A stretch of DNA of 64,000 bases, from IMG/VR virus record IMGVR_UViG_3300046799_000011, positions 32,001-96,000 of that record, one strand, 5' to 3'. The translations under genes were made by a program, and so were the position numbers. Shown piece after piece: positions 8,216 to 17,556 of this stretch (positions are counted from its first letter, which is position 1; every line of letters begins with the position of its first letter). This DNA comes from a virus. The notes beneath the pieces are model-generated. The model was not told the origin of the DNA. It saw only the letters and a program-made list of their open reading frames with translations, and made no database searches.

Positions 8216-8404
8216 TTAAGCTAGTGGACCAGTGAACTGGTGTCGTGCATGATAAATGTTAGTGCGCTGGAATTTCTGTGACCGCTTACCTTCAGGATTC
8301 CTACGCTGCTCACGATTAGCGGGATCGGATTCGAAAGGCTTCTCAGTCTCAAGAAACTCAGCCACTTCGAAAAGAAACATCGCATTGTCAAGACGAGTAA
8401 ACAT
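8216..8404 (-). CDS. Hypothetical protein (MFTRLDNAM...)
   Basis: GGGAG RBS before ATG at 8404. Confidence 0.6.
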   Translation of the reverse strand: MFTRLDNAMFLFEVAEFLETEKPFESDPANREQRRNPEGKRSQKFQRTNIYHARHQFTGPLA

Positions 8405-8597
8405 CTTCTGCTCCCTGTGTAGGCAATTCATTATAGAATCCTGCTCGTTGTACGGCTCCGCAAGAACAATACCTACGGCAGGCTTCAACGAAACGGTGCT
8501 GGCCATTTACCATACCACTACGAATACCCAGCTTTTCCCAGCGTCCCCAGAGATGTGAATGCCCTGAGGACTTCTTTCTCTTCCGTCTAGTGAGCAA
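8388..8597 (-). CDS. Small basic HxH...CxC protein
   Basis: GGGGAG RBS before TTG at 8597; HSHLWGRW...YCSCG. Confidence 0.55.
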   Translation of the reverse strand: MLTRRKRKKSSGHSHLWGRWEKLGIRSGMVNGQHRFVEACRRYCSCGAVQRAGFYNELPTQGAEDVYSS

Positions 8598-8607
8598 GCC
8601 TACTCCC

Positions 8608-8937
8608 CTACTCATTCCAGTAGGGGCAGGTCTGCGTGTCTTCGTACTCGGCCAATTCCTTAAGAATCTCTGGAAGATCCCAGTCATTTGTATAGCACCA
8701 ATAATGTTCTGATACGCCACAGGCACAAGAAATGGTAAAGGCTGTTGAAAAGCCATCATCACGAGTGTACTCCGAGTAACAACCACACAACCATTCGAAA
8801 ATAGCAGGCGTAGCGGTCACAGTGGGGCACAGGATGAGATGGTTGTACTTATGGTAGTACTGCATGTCTGTACGGTAATGGTGCTGACTCTTGTACTTAT
8901 CCAGAGCCCATAGTGCCACCAGCTCATCCGCATTCAT
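8608..8937 (-). CDS. Cys-rich hypothetical protein
   Basis: AGGAGA RBS after nrdJ; LCGCY, SCACG. Confidence 0.65.
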   Translation of the reverse strand: MNADELVALWALDKYKSQHHYRTDMQYYHKYNHLILCPTVTATPAIFEWLCGCYSEYTRDDGFSTAFTISCACGVSEHYWCYTNDWDLPEILKELAEYEDTQTCPYWNE

Positions 8938-8944
8938 TTCTCTC

Positions 8945-10882
8945 CTATGCTGCGACTAGGTCAACTACTTCACAACCAGTATCAGAGGAACAAGCCAGTG
9001 TCTGACTACCGATTGTCTGGTCATACTGCTCATACCAACTCAGTTCATCCCACGGGATATCCTTGGGCATTGCAGCTACCATCTCATCGTACTGGTCCTT
9101 TGTCAAGTCCTCGTACGGTGCTTGCTGGTAGACATGATCAGAGTAGGGTAGGAAAGCCACTCCAGATAGTTCATCGAAGTTCTTCCACACCCAAGCCGCT
9201 GTTTCCAGCCACTCATCCTCTTGGATCGTTACTGTAACAGATGGCTTGTGCTCCGTAAAGTACCGCTGATATGTGAGCCACAGATCCAAATGCTTGGTAG
9301 CTGTAAGATCCTTGCGGGTAATAGCGCCCTCAGGGGCCTTAATAGGAAACGAGAATACTACTGCGGAAGCGTTCATTACATCATCTTCATAAGGAACCTT
9401 AGCGTCAATCATCAGACGTGTCAAAGGGTCCTTCTTATCAGCACGAACACGACGTACATAGTATTCAGAGTGCCAAGCATGCATTCCAGAGGCGGCATTT
9501 GTCAACTGCGACGTAGTTCCCTCGGGCTTTACGCATGTTACAGCAGCCGATCTATTAATCCCTAGGTTACGTGACCACAGGTCATTGACCAGTACCGCCA
9601 CCATGCGCAGGGCTCTTAACCAGTTCTCCAGTTCGACAGAACCTTGTGAGCCATTCAATACTGGGTGACCCAATTGCCCCGTCATAGAGACTCCTAGAAG
9701 TCTTTCCTCTTCTGTATTCTTCTGCCAAATGGGGCGAAGGTACTTGAAATCTGTAAAGGTTGACTGAATAGTTCCAAAGATGGTAGCAGCTTCAATCTTC
9801 TTACCCAAAGTTTTCAGGGTATCGTCAGGCCGCACAATGACTGTGGATAGGTTACAGAACTGGTATGGACGTAGGATAATTTCGCTACAAGGATTTGTTC
9901 CGTATTCAATGTCTGCCAGTCTACGCCCATACTTAGCGGCTTGTCTTTGAGAAGCTTCTCTATTAAAGATTCCACGCTCTCCGGATTTTGAATCATAAAT
10001 GTTCTTCCATTCCTGCATGAAGACAGACTGCTCCGGCTTTGAATTATAAACAGCAGAAACATTAGCCAATCCCCGGTAAGGGTGATTAACATACCACTCA
10101 CCGGACTTGGCTGTAGCAAGAGACTCATCTTCCAGGTCAGTCAGGGCAATAAGAGCAGAGCGTCTTACTCCTCCCACCACTACGACAGATGCAATCTTAC
10201 ATACGATGTCAAATACCTCAAGCGTGGTCAGTTTACGCCCTGTTGCGCCCTTGAAAATACCATGGACAAACCAGAAGAGTTCTTCCAGGGGTTCAGGTCC
10301 ACTAGAACGCCCTCCAAACGTCTTCAGACGGCTGCCTGCGGGACGAACAGCACTAGTATCGAAGTGGATGTCACGGCCAGCGTACAAGGCGCTTACAACG
10401 TCTCTCAGAGCTTCTGCCCAACCCTCCTTGGAATCGTTAACATAGATGTCCACAGGTGAGTGCCAATACTCAGAAGGACAAGGCTGAACTACAGGTAGTT
10501 GCTCTACGTATCTACTCTCAACAGAGAAACCTACCCCAGTTCCATTCATAAGAATATAAAGCAGCTCATCGAATGCAACTACATCATCCATAGGGAGATA
10601 GGCACAGTTATATCCTGCGATATTAGAGCGCTCAAGGGCTGGACCCGCAGTCATAAGGGCACGCATTGACCCTAGAGATTCCAGACCTACAAACTTGCTA
10701 CGAAGCATAGGCAGGGTATCAGTCAAATCGTAGTTATAGTTCTTCTGAAGATGACTTGAGAGGAAAGTAAGGTATCGATCCGAACTTTCCTCCCAAGTTT
10801 CTCTGCGTTGTTTGTCGTCGTCCCAGCGGGCATAACGAGATGTTGCAATAAAGGATTGATATGGGCTCATATTAATGGTCAC
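8945..10882 (-). CDS. nrdJ: Class II (adenosylcobalamin-dependent) monomeric ribonucleotide reductase
   Basis: YNCAY, GTGVGFS, VVVGGVRRSA, TNPCSEI, VKPEGT, C-terminal Cys pair; no NrdB nearby. Confidence 0.93.
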   Translation of the reverse strand: MTINMSPYQSFIATSRYARWDDDKQRRETWEESSDRYLTFLSSHLQKNYNYDLTDTLPMLRSKFVGLESLGSMRALMTAGPALERSNIAGYNCAYLPMDDVVAFDELLYILMNGTGVGFSVESRYVEQLPVVQPCPSEYWHSPVDIYVNDSKEGWAEALRDVVSALYAGRDIHFDTSAVRPAGSRLKTFGGRSSGPEPLEELFWFVHGIFKGATGRKLTTLEVFDIVCKIASVVVVGGVRRSALIALTDLEDESLATAKSGEWYVNHPYRGLANVSAVYNSKPEQSVFMQEWKNIYDSKSGERGIFNREASQRQAAKYGRRLADIEYGTNPCSEIILRPYQFCNLSTVIVRPDDTLKTLGKKIEAATIFGTIQSTFTDFKYLRPIWQKNTEEERLLGVSMTGQLGHPVLNGSQGSVELENWLRALRMVAVLVNDLWSRNLGINRSAAVTCVKPEGTTSQLTNAASGMHAWHSEYYVRRVRADKKDPLTRLMIDAKVPYEDDVMNASAVVFSFPIKAPEGAITRKDLTATKHLDLWLTYQRYFTEHKPSVTVTIQEDEWLETAAWVWKNFDELSGVAFLPYSDHVYQQAPYEDLTKDQYDEMVAAMPKDIPWDELSWYEQYDQTIGSQTLACSSDTGCEVVDLVAA

Positions 10883-10910
10883 GTTATATTACTCCGCTGG
10901 GATGAGTAGC

Positions 10911-11309
10911 TTATATATTTCCGATATGATCTCCGCCACCCGCGTTAAGGGTGACGATAGATCCTTGCATTGTCTGGCTATCACCAGATTGCCTTGCTGG
11001 TGTTGCTTCTCCTGGTTTGGTGGGAAGACTTCTCTCACCATGACCGGATTGAGTAAAGCGTGGATGGTAACCGCATTCTCCGCAGGCAATAGCATAAGAC
11101 CCATGGGACATATACTTGTCACTCCCACAGTCAGGACAACGCCCGCCTTCCTTAAGACGGACGTTGGGCTTATAATCCTGCGGGATACTCTGCTGAGGTA
11201 AAACGGCTTGGGGTATAGTTGGGGCGTTATGCAAACCATATAAATCCCGAGAGGGAACTACTGGTGTTTGTGTTGTCTCCCCATTAAGTTTGTTCTGCCA
11301 AAAACTCAT
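10911..11309 (-). CDS. Zinc-ribbon protein with Pro/Gln-rich N-terminus
   Basis: CPDCGS...CGECGY. Confidence 0.75.
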   Translation of the reverse strand: MSFWQNKLNGETTQTPVVPSRDLYGLHNAPTIPQAVLPQQSIPQDYKPNVRLKEGGRCPDCGSDKYMSHGSYAIACGECGYHPRFTQSGHGERSLPTKPGEATPARQSGDSQTMQGSIVTLNAGGGDHIGNI

Positions 11310-11730
11310 CTGCTTCTCCGTATTTTATTAATCCCTTTTGTAGCATATGGGAAACAACCGCTTCCGCAATAGCTGTCCCTAACTTCACATTGTGAGTTCG
11401 GAATTCTAGTTTCTTTTCGTCAGGCAGTTGTTCCATAGCCGCATCGGAACGAATCAAAGCCAGAGAAGCTGACTCCGCTGCCATATAGCACAGTAAAGAG
11501 AAGTCCATACCAAAAGGCAACATGGAATGCTTACGCGTCCACATCTCTTGCGCTTCCGCTTCAAGGACATCCATACTTGCAGGATTCTGACCATATTTAT
11601 ACGGTTCATCCCGCATCTTATAGGGACCTATCATATCCCACATCATAGAGCGAAACAATTCTGTAGTGAGAGCCTGCCACGGATCAAGCGGTGTGACAGG
11701 ACTCACGTCTTCAAATGGATCCATGGGCAT
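11284..11730 (-). CDS. Hypothetical helical protein
   Basis: Operon packing, RBS. Confidence 0.75.
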   Translation of the reverse strand: MPMDPFEDVSPVTPLDPWQALTTELFRSMMWDMIGPYKMRDEPYKYGQNPASMDVLEAEAQEMWTRKHSMLPFGMDFSLLCYMAAESASLALIRSDAAMEQLPDEKKLEFRTHNVKLGTAIAEAVVSHMLQKGLIKYGEADEFLAEQT

Positions 11731-11832
11731 CTATCCTCTTGCTCTCCTGCACCAGTCACAGGTACCCGGAAAGTTATTACCCCTATGGTATCTGTCGTGC
11801 CATGCCTTGCTATTAGGTACTGGCTCTGCCAT
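11731..11832 (-). CDS. 33-aa His/Cys micro-protein (MAEPVPNSKAWHDRYHRGNNFPGTCDWCRRARG)
   Basis: TAATG coupling to polymerase stop; fills the gap exactly; HxxxH...CxxC. Confidence 0.65.
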   Translation of the reverse strand: MAEPVPNSKAWHDRYHRGNNFPGTCDWCRRARG

Positions 11833-13823
11833 TACTTCCCCTCACTCCATCGGTCAACAATCTTAGCGTCTGCCTCAAGGGGAACCTTGAGTATCTGAAT
11901 TCCTTCTCCGGCCATAGCTTCTTCCAGCATAGCCTTTGCTTCCTCTGCCCTGTGTTCGGGAGCAAGCAATACCAATTCATCGTGTACAGAAAGTACAAGA
12001 GAAATCTTATCTGCTGGATTATTATGACTAGCGTAGTCCGCCTTCAGTATTTCATGAATACGAACCATCGCCATCTTGATAATTCCTGCTGCTCCGCCCT
12101 GAATAAGGGAATTGAATGCCTGCCTTTCGGCCTTCAGCCTCTTCCACCGCTCAGGACTTGTGAGATCCCACACACGACGTTCAAAGCCTGTAATGGTACG
12201 GAGACTAGGAACCTTACGGGCTCTCGCAGTACTCCATACCGCACGCTTCAACGCACTTACTTCAGGCTGTGAAGTTTCGTACTCTTCAATTCTTTCCTGC
12301 GCATATGCCAAAGACTTATCCATAGTCGCAGCAATCTTCGGGGCCATAGCACCAAAGAGAACACCGAAACCAATAGCCTTGGAGTCCTGGCGCATTTCCT
12401 TGTCTACTTCCTCTACGGGAACCTTGTACATAGAAGAGGCAGTAGCCTTGTGCGCGTCAATACCAGCATGGAATCCATCATACAATACACCACGACCAAG
12501 GTAGTGGGCAAGTACTCGGTACTCAACCTGAGCGTAGTCCGCCACCACCAGTTTGTACCCCTTGGGAGCACGAAACAGACCACGAACCGCAGTACCAAGT
12601 TCGGTACCAGGTCGGGGAATATTCTGGAGATTAGGTTCACGACAGGAGAAACGGGAAGTAACTGTACCATATTGGACTAGGTCAGCATGGATACGACCAT
12701 CGAAAATACGGCAAGGCTTCTTAGAGTCACTGGGATCTCCCAGATAACCTAGTACATAGGTACCGAGAAGCTTGGATACCTCTTGGTATTCCAATAGAAT
12801 CTGGCACAGTTTATTCTCAGGGTAGCTATCCAGTACTTCTTTGTCTGTGGAATAGCAGTAGATATCCAGGGGCTCGTTGTTATTTCTTTTCTTCTTACCA
12901 GTATCGGTAAGACTCCAAGGCTTTAGCCCCTGTCCGCCATCCTTCTTATAGCCATAGAGAATATCCTGTTTCTGTTTTGTACTACGGATATTGAATACCT
13001 TACCCGCAGCCTTGAAGACCCTTCCTTCAATCTCCTCCAGCTTCCTGGTCAGTAGGATTTCCAGGTCACGGATGGCCTGTACGTCCACTGGAGCGCCTTC
13101 CAGGTTCATAGCGAACAGAACCTCAGTCAGCTTGCGTTCGAGCCCCAGATGGTCATCTATGCCCGCTGTGAGCAGTGCCTCTTGCAATCGTCGGTACAGC
13201 AACCACGTGTACTTAGCGTCAAGCAGGGCATAACGAGCTACCTTCTTGAAAGGATGCTTCTCAATGCACTTACCAACACCTTCCTGGTCATAATCCACAC
13301 CGTAATACCATTTGATAAGAGTCTTCAGCTTCTTATCCATGGGACGCTTAGGACCACCAACAACCTGTCCGATATTCTCGTCAAGTGCCCATTGGGTAAC
13401 GATCGTATCGTGTACTGGTCCAGGAGGAATCTCTCCGAAACCAGCCTCAACAGATACGAAATCCATTACTGCGTTATGGGCAACCTTAATAATATTGGAG
13501 AAGAAAAGGGGCCGCAGGATTTCGTAGACAACACTGGGCTTAAGCTGCTCAGGGGGTGCATCATAAATCAACGGGTACTTTACTTTGTTCTTGGTATGTT
13601 CCCTTTGCAGAAGTACATTTCCGTTGGGATGACCCATAGGAATAACAATGCTTCGGCCATAGGTAGCCATGGCAATCCATACCACACGGTTATGGGCAGG
13701 AACACCACGAGTATCAGGAAGAGGACCATTCATGGATTCAATATCGAAACAGAAGGCATCCTGCTTGAGGAAGTATTCTACTTCTGCCCTTAGCTGTTCC
13801 TCTGTAAGGATCAGACCATCCAT
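11832..13823 (-). CDS. polA: Family A DNA polymerase with 3'-5' exonuclease
   Basis: ExoI FDIES, ExoIII YALLDA, PNLQNIP, motif A ADYAQVEYR, motif B RQDSKAIGFG, motif C VHDEL. Confidence 0.95.
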   Translation of the reverse strand: MDGLILTEEQLRAEVEYFLKQDAFCFDIESMNGPLPDTRGVPAHNRVVWIAMATYGRSIVIPMGHPNGNVLLQREHTKNKVKYPLIYDAPPEQLKPSVVYEILRPLFFSNIIKVAHNAVMDFVSVEAGFGEIPPGPVHDTIVTQWALDENIGQVVGGPKRPMDKKLKTLIKWYYGVDYDQEGVGKCIEKHPFKKVARYALLDAKYTWLLYRRLQEALLTAGIDDHLGLERKLTEVLFAMNLEGAPVDVQAIRDLEILLTRKLEEIEGRVFKAAGKVFNIRSTKQKQDILYGYKKDGGQGLKPWSLTDTGKKKRNNNEPLDIYCYSTDKEVLDSYPENKLCQILLEYQEVSKLLGTYVLGYLGDPSDSKKPCRIFDGRIHADLVQYGTVTSRFSCREPNLQNIPRPGTELGTAVRGLFRAPKGYKLVVADYAQVEYRVLAHYLGRGVLYDGFHAGIDAHKATASSMYKVPVEEVDKEMRQDSKAIGFGVLFGAMAPKIAATMDKSLAYAQERIEEYETSQPEVSALKRAVWSTARARKVPSLRTITGFERRVWDLTSPERWKRLKAERQAFNSLIQGGAAGIIKMAMVRIHEILKADYASHNNPADKISLVLSVHDELVLLAPEHRAEEAKAMLEEAMAGEGIQILKVPLEADAKIVDRWSEGK

Positions 13824-14065
13824 TAAATCACCTCATCCATAATCATAGACTCAAGATAGTAGTAGTCATAGCCATATCGGCCTTCTCTGCGGATCACTAT
13901 CTTAAAACCAAAGTCATCCGTTTCCCACTCGTACTCATCGTAAGACTTCTCCAGCGTACTAAGGTAATCCATACCCTTCTCAGATGTTGAGCACGGAATT
14001 ACGTCATCCACATCTATACGACCGCTACCATCATAGGCATAGTGCCGAAGCATAAAGAATTCCAT
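13823..14065 (-). CDS. Small acidic Tyr-rich protein
   Basis: RBS; coupled to polymerase start. Confidence 0.7.
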   Translation of the reverse strand: MEFFMLRHYAYDGSGRIDVDDVIPCSTSEKGMDYLSTLEKSYDEYEWETDDFGFKIVIRREGRYGYDYYYLESMIMDEVI

Positions 14066-14314
14066 TTAATCCTCCAACTCGTGTGCCTGAATATAATACT
14101 TCTCGTACGCGTACTGTCCACTCTTACAGAAAGCAACCGGCCAGTTAGTGTACTCATCCCTAGTCAGAACAAAGCCAGAATCCTTAGTAACAAATGAACG
14201 TACTCGTTCAGCCGCTTTGTCGTATGACTTATGGAATGAGCATGAACCTTCCCAGCTATAACCGCAGCCATCATAGTCATAGTTTGTAACTTCATAGATA
14301 ATAGTAGATTCCAT
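14066..14314 (-). CDS. Small acidic Tyr-rich protein
   Basis: AGGAGG RBS; first gene after promoter. Confidence 0.75.
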   Translation of the reverse strand: MESTIIYEVTNYDYDGCGYSWEGSCSFHKSYDKAAERVRSFVTKDSGFVLTRDEYTNWPVAFCKSGQYAYEKYYIQAHELED

Positions 14315-14332
14315 CTTATCCTCCTAAAGAAA

Positions 14333-14384
14333 GAAGCCCTGTCCTGACAGGTTTTAATCTATCAGGACAGGGCTTCATGGTCAA
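14333..14384 (-). promoter_or_regulatory. Promoter (TTGACC-17-TAGATT) fused with intrinsic terminator
   Basis: -35 at 14384-14379, -10 at 14361-14356; 15-bp inverted repeat 14333-14347/14362-14376 followed by TTTCTTT. Confidence 0.8.
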
Positions 14385-14387
14385 GGC

Positions 14388-15146
14388 TTACGGGTTACGG
14401 TCATGCCCCTTGGGGAAGTCCGTGTCCTTCAGATCCCGAGCGACTACCGCAAGCTGCGAGGCAGTCTTGGTGAAGATAGTCTCTGCACCGTAGGAGGTCT
14501 GGGAAAGCTCTTCAAGCTCATCTGCTGTAAGAGGACTGATACCGAAGTCTTCCTCAAGATCCGTACCCTTTACGGGAACAACCTGAATTCCTGTACCAGG
14601 GATGTGAGTAAGAACGAAGTATCGGTTAGGATCATTGACCGCGATAGTCTTACCGCCCTCAATGAGGGGAATACCTGAATCGCGCAGGGTTTCCATTACG
14701 GGCCAACTGAATGTCCAACGACGAACCTCATCAGCCTTGTCATTCATCTCAACAACACTGAGAAGGAAGTTCCAAGCGGACTTGTGCCCCTCATCACACA
14801 GAGGGCAACCATCATCCTGAAGGCAGTAAAGGAAGGGAGGACGGACAGAAGCTACGTAGTGCTGCTTCCACTGTGCCGTAGGCTTGGCCTCAAGAACCTT
14901 TACAAGCTTCTTAGAAGAACCCTTCTTGAAGTCGATGTACGGAGCCTTCACTACCTCACGACGCTCCTCCTGCGGAGCACCCCAACCGTCTCCGATAGCA
15001 GCCGGACGAGAAGCGCGCTTAAAGGGCTGCTCATGGGGCTGGTCAGCATCAGATGCATCAGAGTAGGCCGCAGCCTCAACATCGTGGGGCATGTCCATGT
15101 TGGAAGTATCCGCATCAGTAACGCGGTTACGGTTAATCTTTGCCAT
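14388..15146 (-). CDS. Single-stranded DNA-binding protein (gp32-like)
   Basis: KQHYV...YCLQDDGCPLC zinc site, aromatic residues, position next to polymerase. Confidence 0.65.
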   Translation of the reverse strand: MAKINRNRVTDADTSNMDMPHDVEAAAYSDASDADQPHEQPFKRASRPAAIGDGWGAPQEERREVVKAPYIDFKKGSSKKLVKVLEAKPTAQWKQHYVASVRPPFLYCLQDDGCPLCDEGHKSAWNFLLSVVEMNDKADEVRRWTFSWPVMETLRDSGIPLIEGGKTIAVNDPNRYFVLTHIPGTGIQVVPVKGTDLEEDFGISPLTADELEELSQTSYGAETIFTKTASQLAVVARDLKDTDFPKGHDRNP

Positions 15147-15201
15147 TAATATGACTCCTTAGTATATGCACTTACGCATGTGTAGTGGAGAGTTATTTTT
15201 A

Positions 15202-15546
15202 TTACTCAGGAATTTCAGGAAGGATCCTTGTAATAAGTGATCCCGGATTAGTAGACATAGTACGCGCCCAGATGAGATCACTTTCCTGAAGTTCTGTCAT
15301 CTTATCACACAGGGCTTCACCTACCTTGGCAAGATCCGCATCCATAGAGACACGCACCTTCATACTATGGAACAATGCTTCCTGTTCGTACTTAACTATA
15401 GCGAGTTCCCAACTACGAGAATAAGTAATCTCTATCTCGTCATTAAGAAATACTACATCCATATTAGACTTCACAAAGTCTACGTTTTCAGTAGCTTCTG
15501 AAACAGGCTCAGTGCTCTCGTTTTCAATTTGCTTGCGTGCTGCCAT
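15202..15546 (-). CDS. Hypothetical protein
   Basis: Operon packing. Confidence 0.7.
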   Translation of the reverse strand: MAARKQIENESTEPVSEATENVDFVKSNMDVVFLNDEIEITYSRSWELAIVKYEQEALFHSMKVRVSMDADLAKVGEALCDKMTELQESDLIWARTMSTNPGSLITRILPEIPE

Positions 15547-16099
15547 ATTTTTCTTGCTCCTCCTGAGTTCCGTACCTACTGAGCATCTGACGTGCCCACG
15601 CTACCATGTCTTCTGTGCGCTGTCCAGAGGGTTGGTGCTTAACCCACAGCTCCAAATTCTCTAGCCTATTATCATCACGTATTCCGTTCTTGTGATGTAC
15701 GTTCTCCCCCGCAATGAGCGGCCTACCTAAATGCGCAGACATTACTAGCACGTGCTCTAGTATGTACCCAGATTTAGATGCATTAGGGTGCCCATGATTA
15801 TACGGAAGAAGAATATATCCGTCAGACGTTTTTGACGGCTTAGCCTCTCCTGGGAGGGCTTTAATAATTACTGGGTATTCTGCGTCTCCGTATTTTCTTA
15901 GTCTTTGGTAATGCTTACTACATATGCCTAGACATTTAGTTATATTTTTACAGTCAAGAATTTTACAAACAGTACGTTTAATCCGCTTGTCAGCCAAAGG
16001 GTCTCCGTAATGTAACCATTGTCGATAATGATTCTCACAGAAACCCTTTGACCTATGCTTCTTGTTACAGTTTTCTACTGTACAACTAGATATTTTCAC
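15524..16099 (-). CDS. HNH (homing-type) endonuclease with two N-terminal CxxxxC...CxxHY fingers
   Basis: EHVLVM...LGRPL...[19 protein letters not shown]. Confidence 0.92.
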   Translation of the reverse strand: MKISSCTVENCNKKHRSKGFCENHYRQWLHYGDPLADKRIKRTVCKILDCKNITKCLGICSKHYQRLRKYGDAEYPVIIKALPGEAKPSKTSDGYILLPYNHGHPNASKSGYILEHVLVMSAHLGRPLIAGENVHHKNGIRDDNRLENLELWVKHQPSGQRTEDMVAWARQMLSRYGTQEEQEKYGSTQAN

Positions 16100-16523
16100 T
16101 TAGAATTCTCCGAAACAGTTCCGCCGCCCTTACTGCGAAGTCTGTATCAGACAATCTTTTTCCCTTGTCTGGCCATAAGACGCCACAGTCACGAGCTATA
16201 GTTACCAGACCCTCAACCATGGCTCTATTATACATTCTTCTGCGGCCACGAATGTCTTCAGATGGCCTAGTGAAAGGGGATCGGGGTAAGATTCCTTCCC
16301 GTTCCCATTTTCTCAGTGTTACTGATGAACGATTACCTAGAGCTTTACCAAGTTGTCCTATAGCGAAGAACTCCACCTCCTTGCCCTTCATTAAGAAAAT
16401 AAAGGGCTTGGCATCCCACTTCTCTATGTCTTTTTCCTGAACCTCTCGTACCTTCTCAAAGATGAGAGGGGTTGTGGATCCCGGAAAGACTTTTGCTAAC
16501 TGCTCTTGCCAAGTATTAGCCAT
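16086..16523 (-). CDS. MerR-like HTH DNA-binding protein
   Basis: [28 protein letters not shown]...RRRMY. Confidence 0.8.
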   Translation of the reverse strand: MANTWQEQLAKVFPGSTTPLIFEKVREVQEKDIEKWDAKPFIFLMKGKEVEFFAIGQLGKALGNRSSVTLRKWEREGILPRSPFTRPSEDIRGRRRMYNRAMVEGLVTIARDCGVLWPDKGKRLSDTDFAVRAAELFRRILSENI

Positions 16524-16701
16524 CTACATCCCGAATGTCACTAATAGCAGTCTCAGCAAACAGGTGGTCAGAAAGCTCTGTCTCCATAAGAGAATAGAAA
16601 TCCTCCCAGGAATACTCATCCATAGCCGCTGCGTACTGCTCATCCGTTAGTTCCAGAGTAAGTGATGGGGGATTCTCAAAGATAATCTTTACCTTACGCA
16701 T
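16516..16701 (-). CDS. Small acidic hypothetical protein
   Basis: TGATG coupling; MRKVKIIF start. Confidence 0.6.
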   Translation of the reverse strand: MRKVKIIFENPPSLTLELTDEQYAAAMDEYSWEDFYSLMETELSDHLFAETAISDIRDVDG

Positions 16702-17195
16702 CAGTACCCACAATCGTATTCAAACTGAACAACACGGGTAGGAGTTACAACTACCTTAGTATCATTACCGAATACTCCACGTAAGGCATCCTCAAATCTA
16801 CCAGCGTCCACGGGAACGTCAATCTCACTCATGATATCTCCGTCAGGATGATCGGAAGACTCAAAGTCATACTCGGAATAGTAGTAGTCCTTGCCCGGAT
16901 ATGCAAGGTCCATGTCAGGCTCATCCTCTTCAAGCCATGCCGCAGCCACAATGGCGTTGGTAGTGATCTTGGGCTCACGTACACCGAACTCACAGGGGTC
17001 TCCGTCATTGAATCCTGGTGTGTACTGCTCCCACATAACCGCCGTAACACCGTACTTCTCAAAAGCTACCTTGAAATACTCATACAAGTTTTCAATAGGC
17101 TCCTGAATAGCACGAGACCAACCACCATAGTTACCCTCAATCTTGATATCCATGAAGGTAGCGTCAGGCTTGCTGTCCTTGGTTAAAAATGTCAT
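16701..17195 (-). CDS. Acidic conserved phage protein (WxQYTPxFNDGDPCEF motif)
   Basis: GGGAG RBS before ATG at 17195; motif recurrent in phage proteins. Confidence 0.7.
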   Translation of the reverse strand: MTFLTKDSKPDATFMDIKIEGNYGGWSRAIQEPIENLYEYFKVAFEKYGVTAVMWEQYTPGFNDGDPCEFGVREPKITTNAIVAAAWLEEDEPDMDLAYPGKDYYYSEYDFESSDHPDGDIMSEIDVPVDAGRFEDALRGVFGNDTKVVVTPTRVVQFEYDCGY

Positions 17196-17556
17196 TAAAG
17201 CTCCCAGCTTCTTTACGAATCGATCCGGACATCCAACGACTTGTGTCATCGTCATAAGGAATGTGCTTCAAATAGTGTTCAGGATTCGGAAGGAATCCCA
17301 AGTCTTCTACAATATGCCGCTCAGCAATAAGACGAACAGGCACCTGAATTGTCTTCTTATTCTTCTGGATAGTAATAGTAGTACCGAATAGCTCCTCACA
17401 CAGGTAAACACCAAGGGTGTGATGGTACATGGCGCGATGGCGGTAGTCACCGAGGGTCTTCTTAGAACTGTCAATGAAGTTCTCTATAGGAAGATAGTCC
17501 TCGGGAACTCCGCCCCATTTATGTGAGGCGGAGACCGCGTGGTACCAGGAATTCAT
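17164..17556 (-). CDS. DUF6915-like His-rich protein
   Basis: YHAVSASHKWGG.PEDY...D.SK...D.RHRA.YHH...VPVRLIAERHIVED. Confidence 0.7.
   Translation of the reverse strand: MNSWYHAVSASHKWGGVPEDYLPIENFIDSSKKTLGDYRHRAMYHHTLGVYLCEELFGTTITIQKNKKTIQVPVRLIAERHIVEDLGFLPNPEHYLKHIPYDDDTSRWMSGSIRKEAGSFNDIFNQGQQA

Noticed and set aside
8388-8786. Full-length 132-aa ORF, and similar long 5' extensions at 1218..1523, 16701..17255, 23498..23881 and 61266..62927
   Set aside because: Extensions overlap other genes or promoters; downstream starts with clear RBS were preferred
8945-13823. Introns or inteins in RNR and polymerase
   Set aside because: Both ORFs are continuous, of ordinary length, and lack splice-junction motifs
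15147-15201. gp32-like autoregulatory pseudoknot upstream of the SSB gene
   Set aside because: Only 4-bp overlapping stems (CACT/AGTG, ATGC/GCAT) are visible; too weak to call
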